A stretch of DNA of 64,000 nt from Rotaria socialis (taxonomy: Eukaryota). Both the position numbers and the translations under genes were made by a program. Under the pieces are notes generated by a model, which did not search any database, had not been told where the DNA came from, and saw only the letters and a program-made list of their open reading frames with translations. The stretch spans positions 124,001 through 188,000 of the forward strand of contig CAJNYD010000132.1 in NCBI GenBank assembly GCA_905331295.1, in the 5' to 3' direction. Below are positions 28,601-41,117 of this stretch, one piece after another; position 1 is the stretch's first letter, and each line of letters begins with the position of its first letter.

Positions 28601-30712
28601 AAAGTAAGACTACGATTTTACAAAACAAATAGACGAATGAAGAAATTTCTTCATCCGACTGATGCCATTTTCATTGATATTTTTTCGTACATATGAAAGA
28701 TTTCTTTTTCTAAGAGAAAATCTAAAATGTGAGTATTTTCTTATTATTCACTTGCATCAACGTGCGACTAGATTGCTTCCAATTATATCAATCGATATGA
28801 TATTAATTGATAAGTCTGATAAAATTCTATCTGACTCAATTCTTCAAACAAATGTTTTTGCTAAAATAGCACTTTCTGTCGAAATGAACGTTCTTCAAAT
28901 TCGTCAAGATCTTCCGCTAGACGGTATATTTGAATCAACTGATAATTTTACCAGCATATTCTTTCTATTGGAAGGTTTTTTTTTCAAAAAGGAATATAAA
29001 TTGAAGAAAATTAATAAAAGCTTCTAAGCAAATTTAACTCTCTGTCTTTTAGTATATCTTGAAAATGTCAATCAAAGAAGCTCTATCAGTTCAAATAATT
29101 TGAAACTTTTTCTTCCAATAAATTTCCTTCATGTGTTCAAAATATAATAAATATTCTAGATGAATTACAAGCCATGCGTCATCAGAAGAAGACCTGTCTA
29201 GTTGAAATTAATTGTATAGCAAAAAAAAGAAACAATTGCACGTTGATAAAAAAATGATTTTAAATCAGGAAACTTGAAATGTAATTTCAGAAAAAAAAAT
29301 CAATCGTTATTAGTTTTGATATAAAATTTAAACGCTAAATCTATCCTATAATATGATTTATTATGTTAATATGTGTTATTCTTTTAATTGTTCATCATAT
29401 TTAGTTTTATGCTTAATATTTATTGCGATGATTACTTACATTTCCTTTTTTTATTTGTGTACATAATTAGTTATGAATAATGATAATAATTTTAACAATC
29501 AATTGTCACAATTTTTAAGGTATAGATAATTATTTAATGTGATATATATATATATACACCCAGACGTCTAATTATATAAATTTTTCATCAATATGTTTTA
29601 TATACGAGTATTTAGTTATGTGTAGTATTATGAATTGATTGTTGTTGCTTTCATGCATAATAAAAAATGTCTTGATTTATGGTATTTTGCAGTTTGTTGT
29701 GAGAAATAAGATACGTAGGAATATTTTCGTATGAATTATATGAGATTGTAAATAGATTTTAACTTCCATCAACCATTTATACTTACTGTTTTCATCAACT
29801 GTTAAATCGAGATTGTCTTGATCATTACCACGTACGACAAGATGTTTAAGCTAAATGAGAAAAGAAAGCGAAGTGTTTCTATATTTCATACAACAAAATA
29901 TGTGTTTTTTTACATTGGCAAATTCAATTTTCAGTGTACAACAACCAGAATAAATATCAGCCTGAAAAAAGATTATTTAAAATGATAAATGAGCACATGA
30001 CCGAAAGGAAATACATACACCATCAAGCTCATCTTTTACTTTTCTTGCTGTGTCCATAGAATCAAATTCAATCAAAACTTGAAGAATACGTTTACGTAAT
30101 ATACAGATACGTAATACTTGTCCAGTGATCGCACAAATCTTCCGCATAACATCCTGAAATGAAGACAATTTTTGTTTGATTTTGAAAATCTATCAAAAAT
30201 ATTTATTAAAAACTTACAAGAGTGATTGGATATTTAGCATTTTGAACTGTAAAACAGAGTACGGCTGTTTCGTTCAATGTTATATTTGTGAATTGACCAT
30301 GAGCTCTACAATAAGATAAAAACATGTAATTCAAGGTTTATAAATATAACCACATTTTATACTCGGATCGTTGATCAATATCATTTCTTTCTAAAAATTT
30401 CACATTATGATCCTCTTCAAGTGAATCCCACTTCATACGATGAGGTGCACTCAAACTATCGCTACGAGAATCATCACCACGCATTCGTTTCACACCTTGT
30501 CCACTACTATAACCTCCCATATTATTTGTATTACTGTTATTACGATTGTTCATCGACATATAATTATTATTATTATTACTTCCTCGCTGTTGATGCATAC
30601 TATGATAAATAATAAACAGAAGTAGTTAAATGGTAACAATAAAAATAAAAATATACTTTTGACGAGGACCTGACATGTGGTGTGATGAATTTGAATACAA
30701 ACGCTTATCCAT
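25649..30712 (-). CDS. HNRNPL: hnRNP L/smooth-like RNA-binding protein with three RRMs, multi-exon
   Basis: RRM2 signature LDGADIYSGCCTLKIEFA; RRM3 NCERLFNLLCLYGNVLRVKFLKSKEGGAMIQM; LENGEPSYMEFDTNRNNRY; RRM4 PSHVLYYFNTPP...GLAEF...PFFFKLTFS. Stop at 25649-25651. Confidence 0.88.
27340..27408 (-). other. Candidate premature-stop (poison) exon or alternative donor in hnRNP L
   Basis: 69 nt between TAG|CTGCTC and a strong CCG|GTAAGC donor; entered in phase 0 it reads LLTMNDYYS*. Confidence 0.45.
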
Positions 30713-31441
30713 TGGTAAAAAAGATTGATTGGATTTGTTTTGGAATTTATTTAAGTAATAGAATTGCTTTTTTTTCTTCCGTTCTTTTACCGGTAATAAT
30801 GATGAACTGTTGAAATTCTAAAAATGAAGAAAACATTTCATTGGATGTTATTTATACCAATATAAAAGTTGCTTGATCAAAGTGCATCGGCACGGAGATG
30901 AAAGTCAACAAAAATGGTTACCTAGAAGCTTGTAGTATGAAATTCTTATTTATGATGAACTTCTTAAAACGTTGATTGTTACCAAGTATTACAATAATTT
31001 GTTGTCATGCCGTAAAAACTTATTTTGCTTATCTGTTTCTTTTTCTTAATTTTCAATAGAAAAAAGTCTCTAATAAATCATCCATATCAAGATTATCTAA
31101 ATTGAATAAAATCAAGATAATCCTTCACTAAAATCAACTGCATAGTCTTACAGAGAAATTTAGACTCTTGTTGAGTGTTTGTATTTAAATATTAGTTTCG
31201 ATATAACTTCTTTAGAATACTGATTAAAAGTATTGTATTGAGAAAAGTAAGCTGTATGATTCATAAGCGCTGTGAGAAAAGACAATAACTTCATGAACGG
31301 ACCGGCCATGAGCAATGGGAGTGTTTAACAGAATAGAAAATGCCATCAATCATTCATCAATCTGATATTATGATATGAGTTTTTTTCTTCCATTGTTCTC
31401 GCAGACGGAAATGTGCATCATACAGAGATATATAAAACGAA

Positions 31442-33181
31442 ATGAATAAACGATATCTAAATATTAGAATGAATACTTGGGATATCAATCATCCCAATAT
31501 AATTGATTTACCTAATGAAATATTCCTCATATTTTTCAATAAATTAAATACAGTTGATCTTCTATATTCGCTTGTGGATATTAATGAGCGATTAGTTTCT
31601 GATTTACTTCTCCATATTCGAAATCTTGATTCGACGAGTCTGGTTATGAAGTCATATTATGATCGTACTTCTTCAAAAGACAACCATGTTCTTAATAGCA
31701 TATGTGAAAAAATGTTACCTCGAATTCATCATCAACTAAATAAACTTGCTGTTGAGCAAGATTCAATGGAACATATTCTTCGTACTGTTAATTATCCTCA
31801 GCTTCACTCGTTATCACTTGTTAATTTTCAAGAAGAAATACTTTTTCAATATTTAACAAGTAGATTATTTAGAGTTAATCTAGAAAATGATGAAATTGTA
31901 TGACGTAAATTAATAATTAATTTTACTCGTTTTTCGAATTCAAGATGATTCAATTCTTCATAGGCTTCGCATTAAAAATATTGATGTTTCATACGAGCCA
32001 GAATCTCAAGTGTCTAAAATTTTATCAAGTATATTTGTATTGATTTTATCTGTATGTCAACGATTGATACATTTGAGTTTTTGTTAATTCTTCCCTGATC
32101 GTCACACATCGATTTCTATTTGCAAACTACCATTAAGAAGTTGCATGTCTTCAACTTTAACTAAATTGAAAATTAATGTCGAAACTTTTAATGATTATCT
32201 TTATCTTCTTGGAAATCTCAAGTCTTTATCAACATTAATTATTGATGTGAAATTAATATTATTCAGCTCATCACGCATAAATAATACGGTATACAATTTC
32301 GATTCTCGTATTTTGAAAAGAAACAAATTCTTAATTCTATATTTATTGTAGAATAAACTTCCCGAATTGAAATGCTTCTCATTGGCATCGGTTCATTTTA
32401 CAAGTCATTATGAGAATTAAATTATTCCATTACTTCGCCGAATGATAAATCTTGAAGAATTGACTGTATTCTTGCTAATAATGAGAACACATTCTACTAC
32501 TTATCTTGATGGTATTCAATTACATGATCAAATTCTTATTTATATACCACGACTGAACAAATTTACTTTCAGTATAAACACAGGTGTTATCAATGAAAAT
32601 GTTGAAAATGATCTTCCATCGGGCGAAGGTATTCAACATAGTCTTATTGGAAAAGAATATAAACAAGTTGGTTCGTGGATTCACCGTAGATCGGAGGACA
32701 ATGTAGGTATACCGCATATCTATACAATTCCATATGAATTTGAATATTTCGCTTATATTAGCAGCTCTTTTCAAGGTGGTATATGTTTGATACAGTTCGA
32801 AATTTAACAATGGCTGATATGTATCCTTTTGAACATGATTTATTCAAACTTGTGTCTCAAAGTTTTCCTCTTCTCAAAGAGTTGCGCATTAATAATTATC
32901 AACCACAAAAAAATAAGCAAAATTCCTCGATAATAATTACATTTCATCATCGTATTCTTGTGGATGTCACTGATGCTCATGTGGATTATGCTAAACAATT
33001 TATTTACGATAAAAACATTCATCTTCCTTGTTTGTTAGATTTATGCATCAAATACGAATCACTTGCTGTGGCAACAAACAATTTTACCAATAGTACAAAA
33101 CTTCACAATTGTGATAAATTAAAAAGACTTCATATAGATCTATTTGTACGACCAAAAACTTTTCATCAATATTTTCCTTGA
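31442..33181 (+). pseudogene. F-box/LRR-like family gene with disabling mutations
   Basis: F-box start IIDLPNEIFLIFF and LRR-like segments (LTKLKINV, LPELKCFSL, LEELTVFL). In-frame TAA at 32085-32087 and 32418-32420, and a frameshift near 32781-32783 (QGG then MFDTVR in another frame). Confidence 0.8.
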
Positions 33182-33762
33182 TTATACATATTAATTTTGT
33201 TAGAAATTCTTTCAATAAAAGAAAATAGGTTTTGAAAGTGAAATATACTTGAATCAGATAAAATGAAATCATAACAACAAGAGATGGATACATTTTTTCA
33301 TATAGATGTAGGTCTTCAACAAAAACAAAAATTGCACTAGCATTCTATTATTTATACAGTTATTTTTTGCCCGAGTTTTAAAATTCATAGAGACGTAAAT
33401 AATACAGTTTTTACTAATAGCAGTATTTTTTTTAATATTACAATTAAAGCCAATACAATACATTCTCACAAGAAAGAAATAAAAACATGAATTGAAAAAA
33501 CAAGTATGTAATTGAAATTAATTAAATCTAAAAAACATAAGAAAAACAAGAGTCTGAAGTAAATGATATGAATAAATGTCTCAAAACAAGTAAATATGAT
33601 GATGTGATCACACTCATTTGACATCGACACAGAATCTTCCTAACATCAAATAACAACACTTATTTTATTTTAGTCGTCCATTAAAATCTTTTCTTTTTCT
33701 TGCATCATCATATAAAGAGAATTCGCCTATCATATTAACAATCATAATTTAAGAGACAGTCC

Positions 33763-34230
33763 ATGACAACAATCGAGCATTTAATATCAATAAATAATAT
33801 TGATCCGATTCAAACTTATGTTCAATTAGATGCTGCTGGAAATGGTATGAAATCGCTTGGAATTATTTTTCTAAATTACTAACTAGAAGAAAATCTGCAC
33901 AAGAAATGTTTGTTCTTATTTATAGTTTATACAAATTTTGATGATAAGATAGTATTGACATCTATTATATCATGTATAAAATATTATTCTGAAGGTAACC
34001 AATTTTCTGTTTCAGTTTCTGAGCGCTTAGGACATATCAATACTCATTAAATACATATTTAGCTTTTAAAAAGTGAACTTTTATTTTAGAAATGTTTTTT
34101 CTTCTTTCTCTTAGGTTGTTATTATAACAAGATTTGCAACTCTAAAGATCCATACTTGAAATTTATTGTTGTTACTTCAAATATAATCATCATCGGTAAT
34201 TTGTTTTATTATTCATTAATCATTATTTAA
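33763..34230 (+). CDS. Small 88-aa three-exon ORF or gene remnant with a hydrophobic C terminus; exons 33763-33844, 33926-33994, 34115-34230
   Basis: Both introns are phase 1 with canonical sites (G|GTATGA...TAG; G|GTAACC...TAG). Product ends GCYYNKICNS...FIVVTSNIIIIGNLFYYSLIII*. Missed by the ORF track because each exon is short. Confidence 0.45.
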
Positions 34231-35545
34231 AGTGAAAGATAAAATAAGAACATCACAAGAATTGGGTACTGTAAGAATCTATAAAATAGCAAAAACAATG
34301 AGCGAAATTAGTGACTTTGAATATTTTTCAGGCATAAGATTTGTCGTTTTGAATTAATTAATTAATTAATATATAGTTACCGATGAATTTAATATAATTG
34401 CGAATTTATTGAATATAAATTAGCTAGAAAACGATTATTGAAGGCAAATCATTACACACTCTATTACTGATCACTTATTCAACGAGAGAAATATGATCGT
34501 ATTATTTACTTGGAGAAGTGTTTTCTCTAATTATTTATTGTATTCTTTTGGCATAGACACTTTTGAATAGAACATATTGACAAACTTGATGTAACAAAAC
34601 GAATGAATTATTATCAACTTTTATCTTGTTTTTCTGCAAGTGTTCTTTTTTTCGTATCTGATTTAATTAATGAATGGCAAAACTATGCATTTACTTTTTC
34701 TTGTCACTTGCATAATATTTAAGCCAACCATGTAACATTTTCCTTTCAATAACAAAACAGTATTGATCTCCGTCATATCTCATGACGAATTTGTTTTTAT
34801 ATTTTATTTCTGATAAGAAATTTTTATTGATAGTTTTTCTTGGAACGAATAGAAACTAATCTATGACACTAAAAACAAGCTATGAAGTACAACGCTTAAA
34901 ATATTTGTCTTTTTCCAATGTGATCAAACACTTGTAAACTAACTTAGTCTTGGATGCTGATTCCAGATATGTTATTATTTTTTTGTTATAATAGTAACTT
35001 TCTCTCGAAGTAGCTCTCAAAAAGTAACCAAAAATGCAGAAAATTCTACCATTTGAATACTATCCATGCGATTTCTCAGTTGGCCAAGCTCTGTCGAAAA
35101 TGGAAAGTATATGATTTTGTAGTCCGTGAAAATTGCTATCAATGAGTAAACAAAGATCTACTTCAACGCTCCTCGACAAATTTTTATGAGACTAAAAGTG
35201 AAACGCTTCAGCTAAAAATCCTCCAACAGTCAGGAATCGGTTCAATAGAATATAGCGAAAAGTTTATTGAATAAACTTGTTCTTATAGGAGTCGATGGAG
35301 AATTAAAGGCTCTATCTAATGAGACTAATCTAATCTAGAAGCGGCATTGTTGTAGAAATTTATCACCATGACGTTACACCATGTGAATATCAATGCTGAA
35401 GAGAGTAATACTCGCAGTACTCACCGCACTAAACATCATCAAATCGATGTGAAATAGCTATAAAAGAACTCGGCGTACAATTCTACATCGGAATATACCA
35501 AATTTTAAACAATTTAAAAAATAGACCGATTTAGTTTGTTATGCG

Positions 35546-35546
<1 letters not shown>

Positions 35547-35630
<84 letters not shown>

Positions 35631-35631
35631 N
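35547..35631. other. 84-nt poly-G run followed by an N; probable sequencing/assembly artefact at a contig join
   Basis: Pure G homopolymer 35547-35630 abutting the ambiguous base at 35631 in otherwise AT-rich DNA. Confidence 0.8.
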
Positions 35632-35939
35632 ATTTTCAAAAACGCTTTCACAAGGATATTAAGTCTGATTCACAACGTTGTTCAATTTGAATATATCGAT
35701 TACTATGTCTCATAGCATGAAAACTATATTTCCTTCTGCTCAAAACTACAGCTAGTCATAGTTTTAGAAAAGACATCGAAATATTCAGTCAGTTACTAAG
35801 CTAGTACTCTATACTAGCTGCAAGACAAGAGTATTGGTCTTTGCTTCCTTCTAATTCATCATCAAAATATCTTCGTAATAGTTCAATTTATATATATTTG
35901 TTTAAGGTAATATCAAGAGATAGATACACAAGATAAATA

Positions 35940-38405
35940 TCATAGGAATTGGTTATTTTTTTTGTTTTTCCAAATTAATTTAAGTATGTGAAATTTTCGA
36001 TTGCATAAAATAAAAATTAAGGTAGCCAATAATTGAATACCACCAAGAATATAGAAATAAAAATACAATATTTGTTTACTATTTGGGCACTAAACAAAGA
36101 AAGTTACATACGTATATATGTGTGTGTGCAAATTTACTCATTATTGTATACTTACGTCGAAGTCAAACTTTTTAAGAGTTACTGTCATCAATTTTACATA
36201 TGCATCACTTATGAATGATGATAATCCTAATGAACAAAAGCGTAGACTCATGATGAATGACTGAGCTGAACGTGGTGCAGCCAAATAGGCAAATTCAAAG
36301 CTAGCTACCATACCAAATACTTCAGATAAACCCATAAACATATATTGTGGTAATTGAGTAAGTATAGATAAATCAGAACTGTTCATGCCTAAAATAAGAT
36401 AGTAAAAAAAGCAATGTACAATAATTACGGCTAACAAATAGATCAATCTCATGAAATACCAGGATGGCATTGTTGCTGTCGAACGTTTTCAATGATGCCA
36501 GCAATAAACATAGTAACCGACGCTAAAATCATACCGATAACAAATTTTATCAGTATTACAGTTGATTGATCGTAAGCTGCCAAATATTTATAGACAAATG
36601 CATTGAGAAATAAGATGCCAACTAATTTATATTATCGAGATGTGTTAAAAATAATACAAGCCTTTTATGTGATATAAACTTACTAATGATCGAGAGTTGA
36701 TCACCAACTGACATCCATGTTACTAACATTTCTGTATGTGTTACATTTGAAATTTTTGGTATATACATACTTTCGCCTTGTAAAAAAAATGTTGTTTGAA
36801 TCTAACAAATGATTACAATATAACATAAATTAAGTTATGATTCGTAAATCAAATAATTCCTACTTGGTAATAAACAAGCCAATATGGTATCAATAGAATA
36901 AATACAATGATAACATTTCCTAGTGATTTAACATCATTAACAATTCGATCTGTAAATTTGCCACTATTAGATAATCTTGCAAAGTTCAAAATTGAATGTG
37001 AACTTCCTTTGATGGGACGCAACGGATCTTCTGATTCACTAATAGAATCTTCTAAGAGATTTCCTGAAGCTGAACTTTTGCGAACGCTAGCTTCTAGACG
37101 TTGGTCCTTTGCATATTTTCGTCGTGTCTGAAATGCGTTTATAATTACAGGAACAACTTTTGTGATAATCGTATCATAAGGTGGAATATGAATATAGAAT
37201 CGATAACCAAAAATAAACAATAACGTGGAAACTATAAGAAGTACACCTGCAAAAAGGTACCCATAAAAAAATCGATTGGGATGACTTTGGCCGACTTGAA
37301 TATATGGAACGACTAAGGTTGAAAAAATACCACCAATATTTACTGCTATAATATATTTATCAAAATAGCGTATTTTCCCATTTTTTTCTTGAGCTTGTTC
37401 AGCTCCAAATACAGCCATATTAGCTTGAACGGCACCAACACCGATAGCACTGAAAACAAAAAACAAAGGCGACTACAACACATGAAAAGTAACATCACGA
37501 TATAGAAATGCTTACGTAAACATAAGGGTGCCTATGACTGGACCAACACAATGTTCGTTAACTATTGAAGCTATATTCGTTGAATTAATGGCAGGTTGGT
37601 TACCACAGATAAATGAATGAGTAGATGTATTTGCGATTAAGGAAACAAATAGATAACCGATTAAATATAAAATGAATCCTACGGACAAATATTCAATTAA
37701 CTTATAGAAGTTTTTCTTGAACTATATTATTGTCCACTTACCAACAATTATTGTTTTACCTCGACCTAATTTAGCGTCACTCAAAACAGCGAAGATCAAT
37801 GTCGATATATAGCTTGTTCCTATATTTCAAAACGAAAAATTAAATTAAAAATACGATTCACTTGTATACGTTGTCTCTTCATTCGAGAAGATAGATGAAA
37901 CCGGATCGTACAAATAGGAATCTTTCATATTCTCACTTTACGAATATGAAATGAGAAACGACCCATTTCTGTGAATATAGACGAAAACGCGTAGGCCTCA
38001 ATTAATCGGGTGATCCAATTCTACTAAGTCTATGGTTACAGGAAAGATAATAATAAATCTATGGAAGTTTCATTAACATTATTTCTGTAAGAATTCATAG
38101 GACAATGAAAATGAAGAAATTAAGTTGATTTTCATATATTCTATTTTTGTTAATTAATATTTACCGAAGAAAATAAACGACGCAGTTACACCATTTGTAG
38201 TATCCCAATGAACTTCACTCAAATGTAAAGTAGTAGCAAGATTTATTATTAATGAATAGAATGCAAGACGTTCCAACGCAGTACTGGTAAGAATGATGAG
38301 TATTGCTAATTTTCGTTCATGTGATTGTCGATTATCAGATTGATCAAGAGGAACACCAGGTCTGGGTATTAGTAAAGATGTTTCATTGGAAGTTGGATCA
38401 TTCAT
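35940..38405 (-). CDS. SLC15/POT (PTR2) oligopeptide transporter, SLC15A4-like, multi-exon
   Basis: ALERLAFY, LSDAKLGRGKTII, GVGAVQANMAVFGAEQ, VNIGG, PYWLVYYQ, QLPQYMFMGLSEVF, EFAYLAAPRSAQS. Last exon 35940-36089 ends in TGA. Confidence 0.9.
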
Positions 38406-39748
38406 CTACTCAAATTTTAGATCGATTATTCTTAATAAAATTCTAAAATATCAATTACACAAACGGACATCTAATATAATACAAAGGAAATTGTAAGGAC
38501 AGCTATTGTTTCTAGCAATGACTAGAAATGATGAGAAGGAATAATATTTACTCAACTCACGTATGATTAAAGATAAGGAATAGGAATGATAAGTTTTCTA
38601 AACACAAACATTAGCTTTCTTAATTCGTCATACTACGAACTACTTCCATTTGAAGTATTTGTCACAATTTTATCGAAATGTTGGATCATATGAGATTAAC
38701 TGTGAAAACAAAATGCATTGGCTTTGAACTGTAAAGTATTATCAAACGTTGAGTAAAATTTCATGGAATTCCACTAGACAGATATCATCCGTACTATGTG
38801 CCTCAATGATCATTACAATAAACGATTGCTATTTTTTACTTTTTCCTTGATTATTATTATTATTTGAATTCATAGTTCAACGGATGCATTAATAGTATTA
38901 CTATTAGAAATAAGTATTCCTCAAAAGCGTGGATAAACTATAACATACACGAACATAGTTGGATATAATTGATTTCAAGAATGCCTCAGAAATTCATTAA
39001 TTTCAATTGGATTAACTGCAGTATTGATCAAAGAAAATTTTTTCTATCACTTTGAGTTAAAACATTCTGTTTTTTTAAATTTATTATTGAATTCAGTACA
39101 TACTGACAAAGTTTTAGTCAAGAACTGCTACAATATTCGCAATTGTTCCAACTTTAGTAAATAAATTTATTCAACTTAGACAAAGAATGAAACTATAAAA
39201 CCCATAGATGAATTTTAAGAAGATGATTTCTTCCTTATAGAATTCGTTTAGATTCAATAATTATTTTGAATGAGAAAGGAAAATCCAAAAATGATTGTCT
39301 TTAATCTGAAAAAGTTTCAATAGACAACCTAGAAATTATAAAACTTAAAGATATATTGTATAGTGACCATTCTTTTTCTTCTCATTCATTATCATTAAAA
39401 TACTTTGATACTTTTTTTTACATGATTAGACTATGCAAGATTTTTCTAGAGAAAATTTTCGGTCCAAACTTCATTGCATGAGTCAACAAATTTTCTTGTA
39501 CCGAAACCTGTGTAAATGAATAAGATTTTTAAAGAACGAAATAATTTTGTGGCGCCATTGTCGTTCGACGTTTGATTGCGCATCTTAATTTTTAAAAGAA
39601 AATGAGCAAAAAATTCTATTTCATATGATGAATTGACGTTGTACAACGCAATAACATCATACAACGATGGATTTAGAACGAATGAAACAGAAAGAAAGAG
39701 AAAAAAATATATGAGTCATAACCAACTAGAAACCGGCGAACGCTGCGT

Positions 39749-39772
39749 CCACGTCACCATATGAAGACGTGG
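39749..39772. promoter_or_regulatory. Inverted pair of CCACGTC/GACGTGG (UPRE/XBP1-CREB3-like) sites upstream of FBXO4
   Basis: CCACGTCA at 39749-39756 (reverse complement TGACGTGG) and GACGTGG at 39766-39772, in a GC-rich patch ~100 bp before the ATG. Confidence 0.3.
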
Positions 39773-39866
39773 CTTGTTTTACTCCCACTGAACTTAATTT
39801 TTTACTATAAATAATCTGCGCACAATTGGTTCACATAGATATTCTTAATATTCTTTTTTTATTGAC

Positions 39867-41117
39867 ATGGACAATATTCAAGCAGCAATCGGTCAAATGT
39901 TAAATGAGGATAAACGACGAGATACATTTAAGTTTCTAACTTCCTTAACTGGTCTTAAACTTAATCGAGAACAAGTAATAACATATATAAATGTCTTTTT
40001 ATGTATCGATATTTTTTATGATTTCATTTTTACTTAGATTTTTGTTATTGGTGGTGGTCAACAATTTACTCATCGTCATTCCACAACAGTTAATTCGGCT
40101 GAACAACAAATTTCTGACGACACAAATAATTCTGGTGTATCAATGCTCGATTTACCGGATGAAGTTTATCTTCATCTTTTTTCATTTCTTAGTCCAATAG
40201 ATCTTTGTCAAATATCAAATGTTTGTAAAAAATGGTATCGTCTTGCTACAGATGATAATCTTTGGCGTCAACGTCTTATACGTGATATGAAATCTTGGTC
40301 ATCCATTAGTTCTCGTTCTAATCCATTGAGTTATATCCTTGTTCAATCAGATCGTTCACAAAAAGAAATATATTTAACATGTTCCCCGAACATACGTCGT
40401 TCACCAAATAGTGCAGATGAAAGTTTCGTTCCGTTTACTCGATTGACAAATTATGTGCTAAGTTGGTTTCCTAATTCAAAAGACTTGACTATGTTTGGAC
40501 CGGGATTAGAAAGTTATACATCTCCATTAGTAAAAAATCTTCTATGGGATGAATCGAAACGTTTTCAAACCATGGGCATGATACCGGGCCATGCTGGATT
40601 TGGATCTGGTATCAAAATGAAATTACATAGTTATTTATTTAATTTAATAACACTCTACACAAACTGTATGCAAGAACGTGAGAATCGTACAAATACCGAT
40701 CGATTAATAAAAAATAATCATCTTGTTCAAACAAATGATATTGATCATTTTGAAATTAGTTCACAAGTGCGTGATGTTTGTCGGGAAGCAAGTGGTCTTA
40801 TTTATGTCATTGATTCTAGTCGAGACAATCAATTAAGTGAATTTTGTACAGAATTACAAGTGATGACAAGAGAATTTAGTTATCTACCATTATTGATATT
40901 GTCATGCGTTAGAAACAATGAAATTACTAGGTGGTCAGGAATTGATGTTGTGCGAGATTTACAATTAAGTTCACTTGGTAATCAATGGCTAGTACAAGAC
41001 TGCTGTGTTGATGACATGAGTGGTGTGGAAGAAGGTTTTACCTGGTTACTTACACTAAAAAGTAATAATAATCTCTTTTTTGGTTCAACGAGTCCAGCAG
41101 AATTGACAACGAACTAA
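39867..41117 (+). CDS. FBXO4: F-box only protein 4 homologue; exons 39867-39974 and 40038-41117
   Basis: F-box LDLPDEVYLHLFSFLSPIDLCQIS...LW, FBXO4-type MFGPGLE motif and small-GTPase-like C-terminal region (GLIYVID, PLLILSC, VEEGFTWL). Upstream exon joins in phase 0. Confidence 0.85.

Noticed and set aside
27900..29030. ORFs in the large hnRNP L intron
   Set aside because: Stop-riddled with no recognisable motif; may be an old gene remnant but cannot be supported.
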